This document shows, piece after piece, positions 8,775-16,941 of a stretch of DNA of 43,579 nt; position 1 is the first letter of the stretch; each line of letters begins with the position of its first letter. The notes under the pieces were generated by a model. That model was not told the DNA's origin. It made no database searches and saw only the letters and a list, made by a program, of their open reading frames with translations. Position numbers and translations under genes: made by a program. This stretch comes from Phycisphaerae bacterium (GTDB taxonomy: Bacteria; Planctomycetota; Phycisphaerae; Phycisphaerales; SM1A02), in NCBI GenBank assembly GCA_018665385.1, contig JABJDN010000080.1, positions 1 to 43,579 on the forward strand. The letters are read 5' to 3'.

Positions 8775-9779
8775 ATGCCAGATACCACGAGCAGTACTGT
8801 TAAGGTCGTTGCAACAAACGGCGGTTTTAAAACTTTTGTCGCGTTCCTCGCAGCGATGTTTATTTTTATGATTGTTTTCCTCGTCGGAATTGTGGGAGGC
8901 TTTTCAGCTTTCGCATCATCCAACGCGAACAACGGACTTGTACAAACATCCACCCTGCAAGATGGCGGAGGCTCTTCTATAGCAGTACTTGAAGTGCAAG
9001 GAGTAATAGATGGATCCAATGCAGAATATGCTAGGCAAGCCGTAAATGAAATTTTAGATAACAAAAATATTCGCGCAGTAGTGTTGCGTGTCGACTCTCC
9101 AGGAGGCGGCGTTACTGCTTCTGACGAAATTTGGCATTACCTACAACGAATCAAAGAAGCAAATATTCCCATAGTTGCAAGTTACGGCGGAGTTGCGGCA
9201 TCGGGTGGGTATTACATTTCTTGTTGCGCTGACCACATCATCGCACAAGAGACAACAATTACTGGCTCAATCGGTGTTATCGCTAACATCATGACTTACC
9301 AAGAATTACTAGGCAAGATGGGTGTTACCCCAATCACGTTAATTGCACAAGGTTCCCCAGAAAAAGATGTTGCTAATGACGTCTACAGAAATTGGACTAT
9401 TAAAGATAAACAACAAGTCCGAGATATTTTAACTTCCATGTACACAATATTCTTCAGCAGAGTGAAAATGGGCCGAGGTCACGTCATTGTAGACGAGAAA
9501 TCGTTAAAAGCTGTAGCAAATGGTTCTGTGTACACAGCGCAACAAGCCCTCGAAAATGGTCTTATCGATGGTATAGGGTACCTTGACGATGCAATCGCCA
9601 TTGCCCGAAGCCATGCAGGAATCGCAAGCGACAACTCCACCGTGATACGGTTGAATCGAAACACACCTTCGTTTGGAGGGTTGTTTGGCGCTTCCTCATC
9701 AACAATAACAATCTCTGATATTCAAACTATGCTCCATGAGTTTTCGATGCCAAAACTTATGTACCTGTACAACAAATAA
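8775..9779 (+). CDS. sppA: Signal peptide peptidase SppA (36K type, peptidase S49)
   Basis: N-terminal TM helix, VVLRVDSPGGGVTASDEI and YGGVAASGGYY (Ser nucleophile region). AAGGAG lies upstream of the ATG. Confidence 0.85.
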   Translation: MPDTTSSTVKVVATNGGFKTFVAFLAAMFIFMIVFLVGIVGGFSAFASSNANNGLVQTSTLQDGGGSSIAVLEVQGVIDGSNAEYARQAVNEILDNKNIRAVVLRVDSPGGGVTASDEIWHYLQRIKEANIPIVASYGGVAASGGYYISCCADHIIAQETTITGSIGVIANIMTYQELLGKMGVTPITLIAQGSPEKDVANDVYRNWTIKDKQQVRDILTSMYTIFFSRVKMGRGHVIVDEKSLKAVANGSVYTAQQALENGLIDGIGYLDDAIAIARSHAGIASDNSTVIRLNRNTPSFGGLFGASSSTITISDIQTMLHEFSMPKLMYLYNK

Positions 9780-9792
9780 AAAAAGGGAACAT

Positions 9793-11805
9793 ATGATTCT
9801 ATCTCTGTCCACAGTGGCGATTTGCGCCACGTGCGCTTTAGGTGCGCCTTCAGTTACCGATAAAGACGTAAAAAATGCAATTAACATGATAACGACTGCC
9901 CTCGAAGAGCGACACGATGAACTTCGATGTTGGGACCCCGTCATCCAATCGAAAGGTTGGCTTCACCGGCATCCCGGAACAACAACTGCGCTTACAACTC
10001 TGTCGTTGCTCTCCGCTGGAGTTTCTTACAACTCGCCAAAAATACAACGAGCAATAGATTTTATTTGGGAAATTGAAGAGCCTAGTTCGTATCTTCGTGC
10101 GTTGCGTATTTCTATTTGGGCGGTGCTTCCAGATACGTTCGAAAGACGCCTAGAGAAAGATACGAAACAATTGTTGCGATCGATGAGCCTTGAACTGGGT
10201 GGGTGGAGTGTCATCGGTACACCTACAAAAAACGAAATTATTTCGCCGCTCATTCGTGAATTTGGAGTAATTGCATTGCGTGATGCGCACAACCGAGGCA
10301 TTACGATATCTAAAAAGTATTGGCTCTCTATTGCAAATGCTGCGCTAAAGGCACAGCATGCTGACGGAGGCTGGGCATATAGTTCAAGTGGAACTGCGGG
10401 GAAGTCGTCATCTAACATGACCGTTGCAGGATTAAATTGCCTTTTGGGCATTGATGAATCTTGCGGCAGAGACTTAAACACTGACGATGCTGACAAACTT
10501 CATCTCGCTATTGAACAAGCCCTTACTTGGCTTGATGAGCATGGAACTATAAAAAATAGTGGCGGAACAGCTCTCATGAGTTATCTGTATGCACTTGAGC
10601 GGGTTGCGATGGCGTGCGGATTGTCAGAAGTTCGAAGCAGGGATTGGTACGTTGACGGTTGCAAAAGTACATTTAAAGCGCATTGCGGGAAGAAAAAAGC
10701 AAAGGGAAGTACTGTGAATTTAGCCTTTGCACTCTTATTTTTATCACGAGGAAACTCGCCAATTGCTATGAGTGAATTAGTAGAACGCAAAAGCAACATT
10801 GATATGTACAAAGTCTCTGATGCTATTACAAAAAAAGTTTCACACAAAGTAGAAACCGAGTTGAGTTGGCGCCTGCTTACGCAAGAAGAAAGTATTTCTA
10901 GTTGGCTACTTTCTCCCTTTATGCTTATACAGAACCACGAAGTTGTTCAAGACATTCAAAAGTTCCAGCAATATTTACAACATGGCGGCATGATTGTCAT
11001 GCTAGCAACAGGAAAGAGTTTGCAAACGTGTAGGAATCTCGCAGAAACAATTTGCCCAGATATCGAGATGGAACACTACCAACGAAATCATTGGGGGCAC
11101 AATCTTCTTGAAACTGCAGACAATGTTCATTTCTGGGTCTGGAACGACAATGTACGGGACAGAATCTTAGTCATTCAAGGAGACGGGGAAAAATTGACAA
11201 GAAGTAGTAATTCTGCCTTGGCTAGAGCGCTCGTAAATATTTGCTGCGGGACAATTGAAATAGACCAATGGAAGACACGTCTACATGTAACCCAAACATT
11301 CAAACCGTTGCGAAAAATGATCCTTGCTAAGCATTCGGGAAATTGGGATTCTGAAGTGGCAGCGTATAGAACCTGGCGAACAGAAGAAAAAGAATTCTCT
11401 GAAATTACGAAGCCATCGCTTGTTTTGGTTGGCGGAATTGATGAGGATGAAATCACAGAGGCACTTATAAGCAACATAATCGAAACTGCCAAAAAAGGCT
11501 CAACAATTATTATTGAGTCTATCGGTGGTCGAGGTCATTTTGCAAAGAAGGCGTGTGAACAAATTGCCTCTGCAACGAATGCAACTCCAACTCCGTTACC
11601 GTTACCCTTTGTGCCTACTGGAAGAGGATGGACAATTTTACATAGAGAATCGCTACCCGTACCGCTTGCAATAACAGTTGGCAAGGGGAAAATCATTTCT
11701 ATTGATTGTGACATTCGAAATGCCCTACTTCACCAAACCACTTGGGGAGTCCATGGATACTCGTACGAATCGGCGAAGAAACTAACGCAACAATTATGCA
11801 ACTGA
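9793..11805 (+). CDS. Secreted prenyltransferase/squalene-oxidase-repeat protein with a DUF4159-like C-terminal region
   Basis: Signal peptide MILSLSTVAICATCALGAP. QW-like repeat KAQHADGGWAYSS and ELGGWSV (alpha/alpha-toroid repeats). PFMLIQNHEVVQDIQKFQQYLQHGGMIVMLA resembles the DUF4159 core (P.lymtGH...L..YL..GG.l.aD). Confidence 0.5.
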   Translation: MILSLSTVAICATCALGAPSVTDKDVKNAINMITTALEERHDELRCWDPVIQSKGWLHRHPGTTTALTTLSLLSAGVSYNSPKIQRAIDFIWEIEEPSSYLRALRISIWAVLPDTFERRLEKDTKQLLRSMSLELGGWSVIGTPTKNEIISPLIREFGVIALRDAHNRGITISKKYWLSIANAALKAQHADGGWAYSSSGTAGKSSSNMTVAGLNCLLGIDESCGRDLNTDDADKLHLAIEQALTWLDEHGTIKNSGGTALMSYLYALERVAMACGLSEVRSRDWYVDGCKSTFKAHCGKKKAKGSTVNLAFALLFLSRGNSPIAMSELVERKSNIDMYKVSDAITKKVSHKVETELSWRLLTQEESISSWLLSPFMLIQNHEVVQDIQKFQQYLQHGGMIVMLATGKSLQTCRNLAETICPDIEMEHYQRNHWGHNLLETADNVHFWVWNDNVRDRILVIQGDGEKLTRSSNSALARALVNICCGTIEIDQWKTRLHVTQTFKPLRKMILAKHSGNWDSEVAAYRTWRTEEKEFSEITKPSLVLVGGIDEDEITEALISNIIETAKKGSTIIIESIGGRGHFAKKACEQIASATNATPTPLPLPFVPTGRGWTILHRESLPVPLAITVGKGKIISIDCDIRNALLHQTTWGVHGYSYESAKKLTQQLCN

Positions 11806-12803
11806 TCAATAAACCGTACACTGCGTCCATGCGAATATACGCAACTATCTTCATAACAGTTGTTGTCGCCATTGTTTCTGGTGTTTTAGTTTCACAAAAA
11901 CAATCAGAAGATGCCCTTCGCGTCCTTCTTAACTCGTCGTCAAGCGTGAAACAATTGCAAGGTATTTCAAGACTCGAAACAAAATCTTTTGATGAATGTC
12001 GCAGGCATGTTGCTCATCTTCTTGCAGCACAACCCGATGTCTCTGTAAAAGCGCAAGCATTGCTTGTGTACAAAGCCTTTCACCAAAAACGGATGAATGA
12101 CTTGATTAACTTGCCAATTGAAAAGTCCCTGTTGCAATCTGCGTTTTGGTGGGACAATCAACAAACACAAATTCCGATGTCATTGCCGGCAATACCCGCA
12201 ATAGAAATTGACAACGCCACCGCGCCATGGTTGTTGAAACTCTCCTCGTTTTATGCTGAAGAACAACGAAACCACACTCTGCAAGTAATCGAACAGTTAC
12301 CTATCCGCGACCGCGATGGGAGCGTGCTACTAACAGTGTTAGCCATTCATGCGAATAACAGTAATGACATCCAACGACTTGTTTCAGAATGGAGCACTTC
12401 ATACGATACAGAAGCACAAAAAGCCGCATTGCTATTACATGCCCTACAAGGTGAGTCTTCAATTTCTGTTCTCTCTCAGGATTCAGAAATTCAAACAATC
12501 CAACTTATTCTTCGTGATGAAAACACAAAGTTGGCATGGCGGAGTATGCACAGAGATGACGGAAATGTTTTTGCAGATATTGTTTTAGCTGGGATGATTG
12601 CAAACCCATCCAAATTCATCGAATCTTGCATTGATACTGCGAAACAAAACAAATGGGTTCACCCTGAGCATGCAATCATAATTGCAAGCACGTTCTTCCC
12701 AGATATCGCCTCTAGAATTCCTGCCAGTTATAGGCGTAACGACGAAAGTAGAAAAAAATGGTGGGACCTATTCTCTTGCGGGTTACTACTCCAGAAGCGA
12801 TAA
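11796..12803 (+). CDS. Hypothetical membrane-anchored protein
   Basis: The ATG at 11796 overlaps the upstream stop by 10 nt. It has one N-terminal TM helix (IYATIFITVVVAIVSGVLV) and I recognise no family. Confidence 0.4.
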   Translation: MQLINKPYTASMRIYATIFITVVVAIVSGVLVSQKQSEDALRVLLNSSSSVKQLQGISRLETKSFDECRRHVAHLLAAQPDVSVKAQALLVYKAFHQKRMNDLINLPIEKSLLQSAFWWDNQQTQIPMSLPAIPAIEIDNATAPWLLKLSSFYAEEQRNHTLQVIEQLPIRDRDGSVLLTVLAIHANNSNDIQRLVSEWSTSYDTEAQKAALLLHALQGESSISVLSQDSEIQTIQLILRDENTKLAWRSMHRDDGNVFADIVLAGMIANPSKFIESCIDTAKQNKWVHPEHAIIIASTFFPDIASRIPASYRRNDESRKKWWDLFSCGLLLQKR

Positions 12804-12810
12804 TACGTAC

Positions 12811-13206
12811 ATGAATGATTCGATAGCCCTATGCGTCGTCATGATGCCCCGAGATTCCAACGTGTATGGAACAATTTTCGGTGGCATTATTCTTTCTTAC
12901 ATTGACCAAGCTGGTTTCATAGAAGCTAGAAAGCACGGAAACCATCGATGGGTAACCGCAAGCATCGATAAAGTTGATTTCGAAAGACCGGTTTGTATTG
13001 GCGATGTAGTGCGATTTTATACAAAGACGATTAAAACCGGCACATCATCCGTGTCCATCGAAATCATTGTTGAATCAGAACGTCTGGCGACTGCAGAAAA
13101 ATTGCAGGTAACGAAAGCTCGATTAACAATGGTCAGTGTAGATGAGAATGGCAAATCGATTCCGTTCACCTCTCCTCAAACAGCACATAAGAAAGCAAGC
13201 GCATGA
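12811..13206 (+). CDS. Acyl-CoA thioesterase (hotdog fold, YciA-like)
   Basis: VVMMPRDSNVYGTIFGGIILSYIDQAG...VTASIDKVDFERPVCIGDVV is typical of 4HBT/YciA thioesterases. I used the internal ATG at 12811 (131 aa). Confidence 0.8.
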   Translation: MNDSIALCVVMMPRDSNVYGTIFGGIILSYIDQAGFIEARKHGNHRWVTASIDKVDFERPVCIGDVVRFYTKTIKTGTSSVSIEIIVESERLATAEKLQVTKARLTMVSVDENGKSIPFTSPQTAHKKASA

Positions 13207-13787
13207 CTATTTCCATTGCCGTGCTATGCAGCGGTGGCGGTCGCACTGCTATAAACCTACTTGATCAGATACATGAGGGGCATTTAGAAGCAGAAATCGT
13301 ATTAGCAATCGCATCCAAACATGGTATCGCAGCGATAGACTTACTCACTGAACGAAACGTAGAAGTCGCAATTGCAAGGCAACCAGAGGACAGCATTGCT
13401 ATTGGTGATGCGAACGTAGAAGTATGGCTTGATGAATACAAGCCTGATTTAATTTGCCTTTGCGGTTACCTACGACTCATTCACATTAAACCGTGGATGG
13501 AAGGAAGAGTTCTGAATATACATCCATCTTTACTACCTAAATACGGTGGCAAAGGCATGTATGGGACGAGCGTTCACGAGGCAGTTAAGCAAAATAATGA
13601 AGTAGAAACTGGATGCACCGTGCATTTTGTGGATAGCGAATACGACCACGGACCGCACGTGCTACAAAAATCCTGTAGCGTGGCCCAGAGTGACACCATC
13701 GAAGGCATTGCCGAAAAAGTATTCAAATTAGAATGTGAAGCGTATCCTGAAGCCATAAGACAAGTAGTCGAGCAACTCAGGGTATGA
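13203..13787 (+). CDS. purN: Phosphoribosylglycinamide formyltransferase
   Basis: NIHPSLLPKYGGKGMYG and TGCTVHFVDSEYDHGP motifs. ATGA overlap with the upstream gene. Confidence 0.9.
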   Translation: MTISIAVLCSGGGRTAINLLDQIHEGHLEAEIVLAIASKHGIAAIDLLTERNVEVAIARQPEDSIAIGDANVEVWLDEYKPDLICLCGYLRLIHIKPWMEGRVLNIHPSLLPKYGGKGMYGTSVHEAVKQNNEVETGCTVHFVDSEYDHGPHVLQKSCSVAQSDTIEGIAEKVFKLECEAYPEAIRQVVEQLRV

Positions 13788-13800
13788 TGGAGATACGAAC

Positions 13801-14643
13801 ATGAGCGAAACGAAAAAAACTCGACCCTTCTTACGCGGTCTTGCCGTACTTCTTCCATCAGTTCTCACACTATGGCTGCTCGTCAAGGCATACCAATTTA
13901 TTGATTCAGCAATCGCGGAGCCAATTAACACTGGCATACGCTCTGCATTTATCCAGATTCCAAAACATTTTCCGCAAATTGCTAACGCGCTCGCCATTGG
14001 GCCAGACCATGATGCATTAGCTGAAGCCGCAAACGCACAAAACATTACTGAAAACTCACCTGCTTGGATTGAGTTATCTGGAGAGGTATTCGCTGAATCT
14101 GTTAACACTTGGTGGACAGAACATGCGTGGATGAATTTACTTGGATTGGTAGTTGCGGCAATCATTGTGTATATTTCTGGACGGCTTGTTGGCGGTTTTA
14201 TTGGAAGAACTATCTACAAGCGGCTAGAAAAATTGATGGTCACTGTCCCAGTTGTTAGCAAGGTGTATCCGTACATCAAGCAACTCGTTGACTTTCTCAT
14301 CACCGATAGCGATAAACCAAAATTCAGCAGAGTTGTTGCTGTCGAGTATCCAAGGAAAGGTGTTTGGTCAGTGGGATTCATGACGGGCGAATCACTTCAA
14401 ACAATCGAAGCGAAATTGCCTGATTCCGTTACTATCTTTATACCCAGTTCCCCCACTCCCTTTACTGGATACACTATTACAGTCGCAAAAAGCGACACAA
14501 TTAACCTTCCCATCACCGTAGAAGAAGCGATACGTTTCGCTGTTAGTGGTGGAGTACTAGTCCCAGACCATCAAGCCCTCGAAAATGGGTTGAAGCAAGA
14601 ATCTGCTAAAATAGAACCACCTTCAGATTCAGAAGGAAGCTGA
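13801..14643 (+). CDS. DUF502 domain-containing membrane protein
   Basis: Two TM segments and the conserved IFIPSSPTPFTGYTITV segment characteristic of DUF502. Confidence 0.65.
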   Translation: MSETKKTRPFLRGLAVLLPSVLTLWLLVKAYQFIDSAIAEPINTGIRSAFIQIPKHFPQIANALAIGPDHDALAEAANAQNITENSPAWIELSGEVFAESVNTWWTEHAWMNLLGLVVAAIIVYISGRLVGGFIGRTIYKRLEKLMVTVPVVSKVYPYIKQLVDFLITDSDKPKFSRVVAVEYPRKGVWSVGFMTGESLQTIEAKLPDSVTIFIPSSPTPFTGYTITVAKSDTINLPITVEEAIRFAVSGGVLVPDHQALENGLKQESAKIEPPSDSEGS

Positions 14644-14662
14644 ATCAGAAAGAGTTACCGCT

Positions 14663-14980
14663 ATGCAAATCAATATCACAAGCAAACAACTTGAAATGAC
14701 ACAAACTATTGAAGAGTACATTCACTCTAAAGCAGCAAAGCTCACGCGTTTTTATAACCGGATTGAGCAGATAAATGTTATTGTTGAAAAGACCACACAT
14801 GGTTTCACAGCAGAAATAATTACCGATGTCGAACACCACGAAGATATCGTTGCAAGCAACGAAGACAGTGACATGCATGCAGCAATTGATGGTTGCATCG
14901 ACCGTAGCATACGACAAATTACAGACTTAAAGAACCAAGTCCGTGATCACCATAAACACTCCAACGGAGACAAGCAATGA
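14663..14980 (+). CDS. hpf: Ribosome hibernation promoting factor (short HPF/RaiA family)
   Basis: MQINITSKQLEMTQTIEEYIHSKAAKLTRFYNRI is the typical HPF N-terminus. 105 aa, followed by ptsN as in rpoN-region clusters. Confidence 0.85.
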   Translation: MQINITSKQLEMTQTIEEYIHSKAAKLTRFYNRIEQINVIVEKTTHGFTAEIITDVEHHEDIVASNEDSDMHAAIDGCIDRSIRQITDLKNQVRDHHKHSNGDKQ

Positions 14981-15447
14981 AATTAATGGATTTAGTCGTA
15001 AACGACGCAATTATTCCTGAACTCACATCAACAAAACGAGATGAGGTCATTTCGGAAATGGTTGATGCACTTGTCGCCTCTAGTTGTGTTTCCGAAGACC
15101 ATCGTGAAGAATTTACTAAAGCAATCATTCGTAGAGAAAACAAGGGGTCAACCGGCTTCGGGCATGGCGTTGCTGTTCCTCACGTGAAGCACGCCGATAT
15201 CAAAACAATGCATATTGCCATTGGCAACAGCGTAGATGGAATTGACTTTAAGGCGCTTGACCGCGAGCCTGTGTACTCCGTCATTATGCTGTTAAGTCCA
15301 GAAGACCAACCCGAATGCCATTTGGATGCTATGGAAGCTATCTTCAGTAGCTTAAGCCAGGACACATTCAGAAGGTTTCTACGACAGGCAAACAATACCG
15401 AAGACGTTCTTACCCTTCTGACCGAAACAGACAACGCAGTTCGCTAA
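14977..15447 (+). CDS. ptsN: PTS IIA-like nitrogen-regulatory protein
   Basis: EIIA(Ntr/Fru) fold motif RENKGSTGFGHGVAVPH with the phosphorylatable His. ATGA overlap with hpf. Confidence 0.85.
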   Translation: MKLMDLVVNDAIIPELTSTKRDEVISEMVDALVASSCVSEDHREEFTKAIIRRENKGSTGFGHGVAVPHVKHADIKTMHIAIGNSVDGIDFKALDREPVYSVIMLLSPEDQPECHLDAMEAIFSSLSQDTFRRFLRQANNTEDVLTLLTETDNAVR

Positions 15448-15518
15448 TAAAACCGCCATGTAATTCATCAATATGGCCTCTTCTTTGAGATTCCAAATCT
15501 ATACGACCCCACACAATT

Positions 15519-15791
15519 ATGCCTTTACAAACAGCAACAATAAAAATAGTGAACCGGCTAGGCATGCATGCTAGGCCAGCAATGCTATTTGCTGAAGTTG
15601 CTGGAAAATTTAGCGCTTCCATTACTGTAGGGCACAGTGAAAGCGATAATGTTGATGCCAAGTCAATAATGCAACTTATGATGCTAGCTGCAACAGAGGG
15701 TACCGCGCTAACTATTGAAGCAGACGGGGAAGATGCTAATCAAGCAGTCGATGAACTCACAGAGTTAGTCGCATCTGGATTTAACGAGTAA
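15519..15791 (+). CDS. ptsH: HPr-family phosphocarrier protein (HPr/NPr)
   Basis: IVNRLGMHARPA (His15 region) and VDAKSIMQLMML (Ser46 region). 90 aa. Confidence 0.85.
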   Translation: MPLQTATIKIVNRLGMHARPAMLFAEVAGKFSASITVGHSESDNVDAKSIMQLMMLAATEGTALTIEADGEDANQAVDELTELVASGFNE

Positions 15792-15823
15792 GTCCAAAAC
15801 CAAAACAAGTGTTCGCCTTCGAA

Positions 15824-16825
15824 TCAACCGCGCAACTCTTCAGCGCGTAAATTTCGTGACATCAAAGTTGCAATGGCATCCTTCATGGATAGATCGCAAA
15901 ATAGGACGTCGTACATCGTAGATGCGATTGGCATGTCAACATTATACTTTTCAGCCAATGCCTTTACAGCCTTTGTAGTTGGAACACCCTCAACGACTGA
16001 ACCCATTGTGGTCGTTATTTCCTGCAAACTTTCGCCTCTTCCAAGCCTTTCACCGCAAGTGCGATTTCGTCCATATGGGCTAAAACAAGTTGTTGCTAAA
16101 TCACCAACGCCTGCAATGCCAAAGAACGTTTCTAATTGCGCACCCATAGCTACCCCAAGTCTAGAAATCTCAGCAAGCCCTCTTGCTAGCATTGCTGATT
16201 TTGCATTATCTCCAAGTTGCAAACCGTCACAAATTCCCGCTGCAATTGCAATGACATTCTTTAACGCTCCTGCAAGTTCCACACCGAGTGGATCTGCATG
16301 TGTATAAATCCGTAACCACGGCACATCGAATAAATCTTGGATAGTTTCCGCAACAGCATCATCTCCCGAACTCGAAACCATAACAGCAGGTTGCCTTCGG
16401 ACTAATTCCGTTGCGATTGTTGGGCCTGAAAGAACACAAGTTGTATGCCCATCGCCGACAGCCGAGGCGAGAATTTCAGTCGGAAGCATCAGAGACTCAA
16501 TTTCAATTCCCTTAGCAACACAACCAATGGGCACTCCTGCTGGAACATGTTCTGCAAGACCGCTCCACACGTCTCGAATAAATTGGGTGGGAATCGCATT
16601 AACTACAACATCTGCACCTTGCAGTGCTTCTTGCGCATTACTCGTCACCAAAACCTTGGCATCTAGGGAAAACTCAGATAATCGTGTAGATTTTCGGGAC
16701 GTAGCAAGGGCAAGCACAACATCTTCAAATGGACCCCAAAGGCGTACTTCGTTTCCTCTGCAGACCAGAGCATCCGCTAAAACAAGCCCCATTTGGCCAT
16801 CTCCAATTACTGTCACTACTGCCAT
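15824..16825 (-). CDS. gpsA: NAD(P)H-dependent glycerol-3-phosphate dehydrogenase
   Basis: MAVVTVIGDGQMG dinucleotide fold, GALKNVIAIAAG and SPYGRNRTCGERLG. I used the internal ATG at 16825 (333 aa). Confidence 0.9.
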   Translation of the reverse strand: MAVVTVIGDGQMGLVLADALVCRGNEVRLWGPFEDVVLALATSRKSTRLSEFSLDAKVLVTSNAQEALQGADVVVNAIPTQFIRDVWSGLAEHVPAGVPIGCVAKGIEIESLMLPTEILASAVGDGHTTCVLSGPTIATELVRRQPAVMVSSSGDDAVAETIQDLFDVPWLRIYTHADPLGVELAGALKNVIAIAAGICDGLQLGDNAKSAMLARGLAEISRLGVAMGAQLETFFGIAGVGDLATTCFSPYGRNRTCGERLGRGESLQEITTTMGSVVEGVPTTKAVKALAEKYNVDMPIASTMYDVLFCDLSMKDAIATLMSRNLRAEELRG

Positions 16826-16941
16826 GTTGTACCTACCTTTCTTTTGCACCAAATATCCAATAAGATTACCCATAATCGTAACCGAACAATGGACCCTGAA
16901 ACTGCCTATAGTAGATAAGAATCAAAGAGGAATTCCTATTT

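Noticed and set aside
15448-15518. HprK or rapZ/rpoN genes might be missing or degraded within the hpf-ptsN-HPr cluster.
   Set aside because: The gap is only 71 nt and shows no ORF remnants. Absence of these genes from this locus is common and they may be encoded elsewhere.
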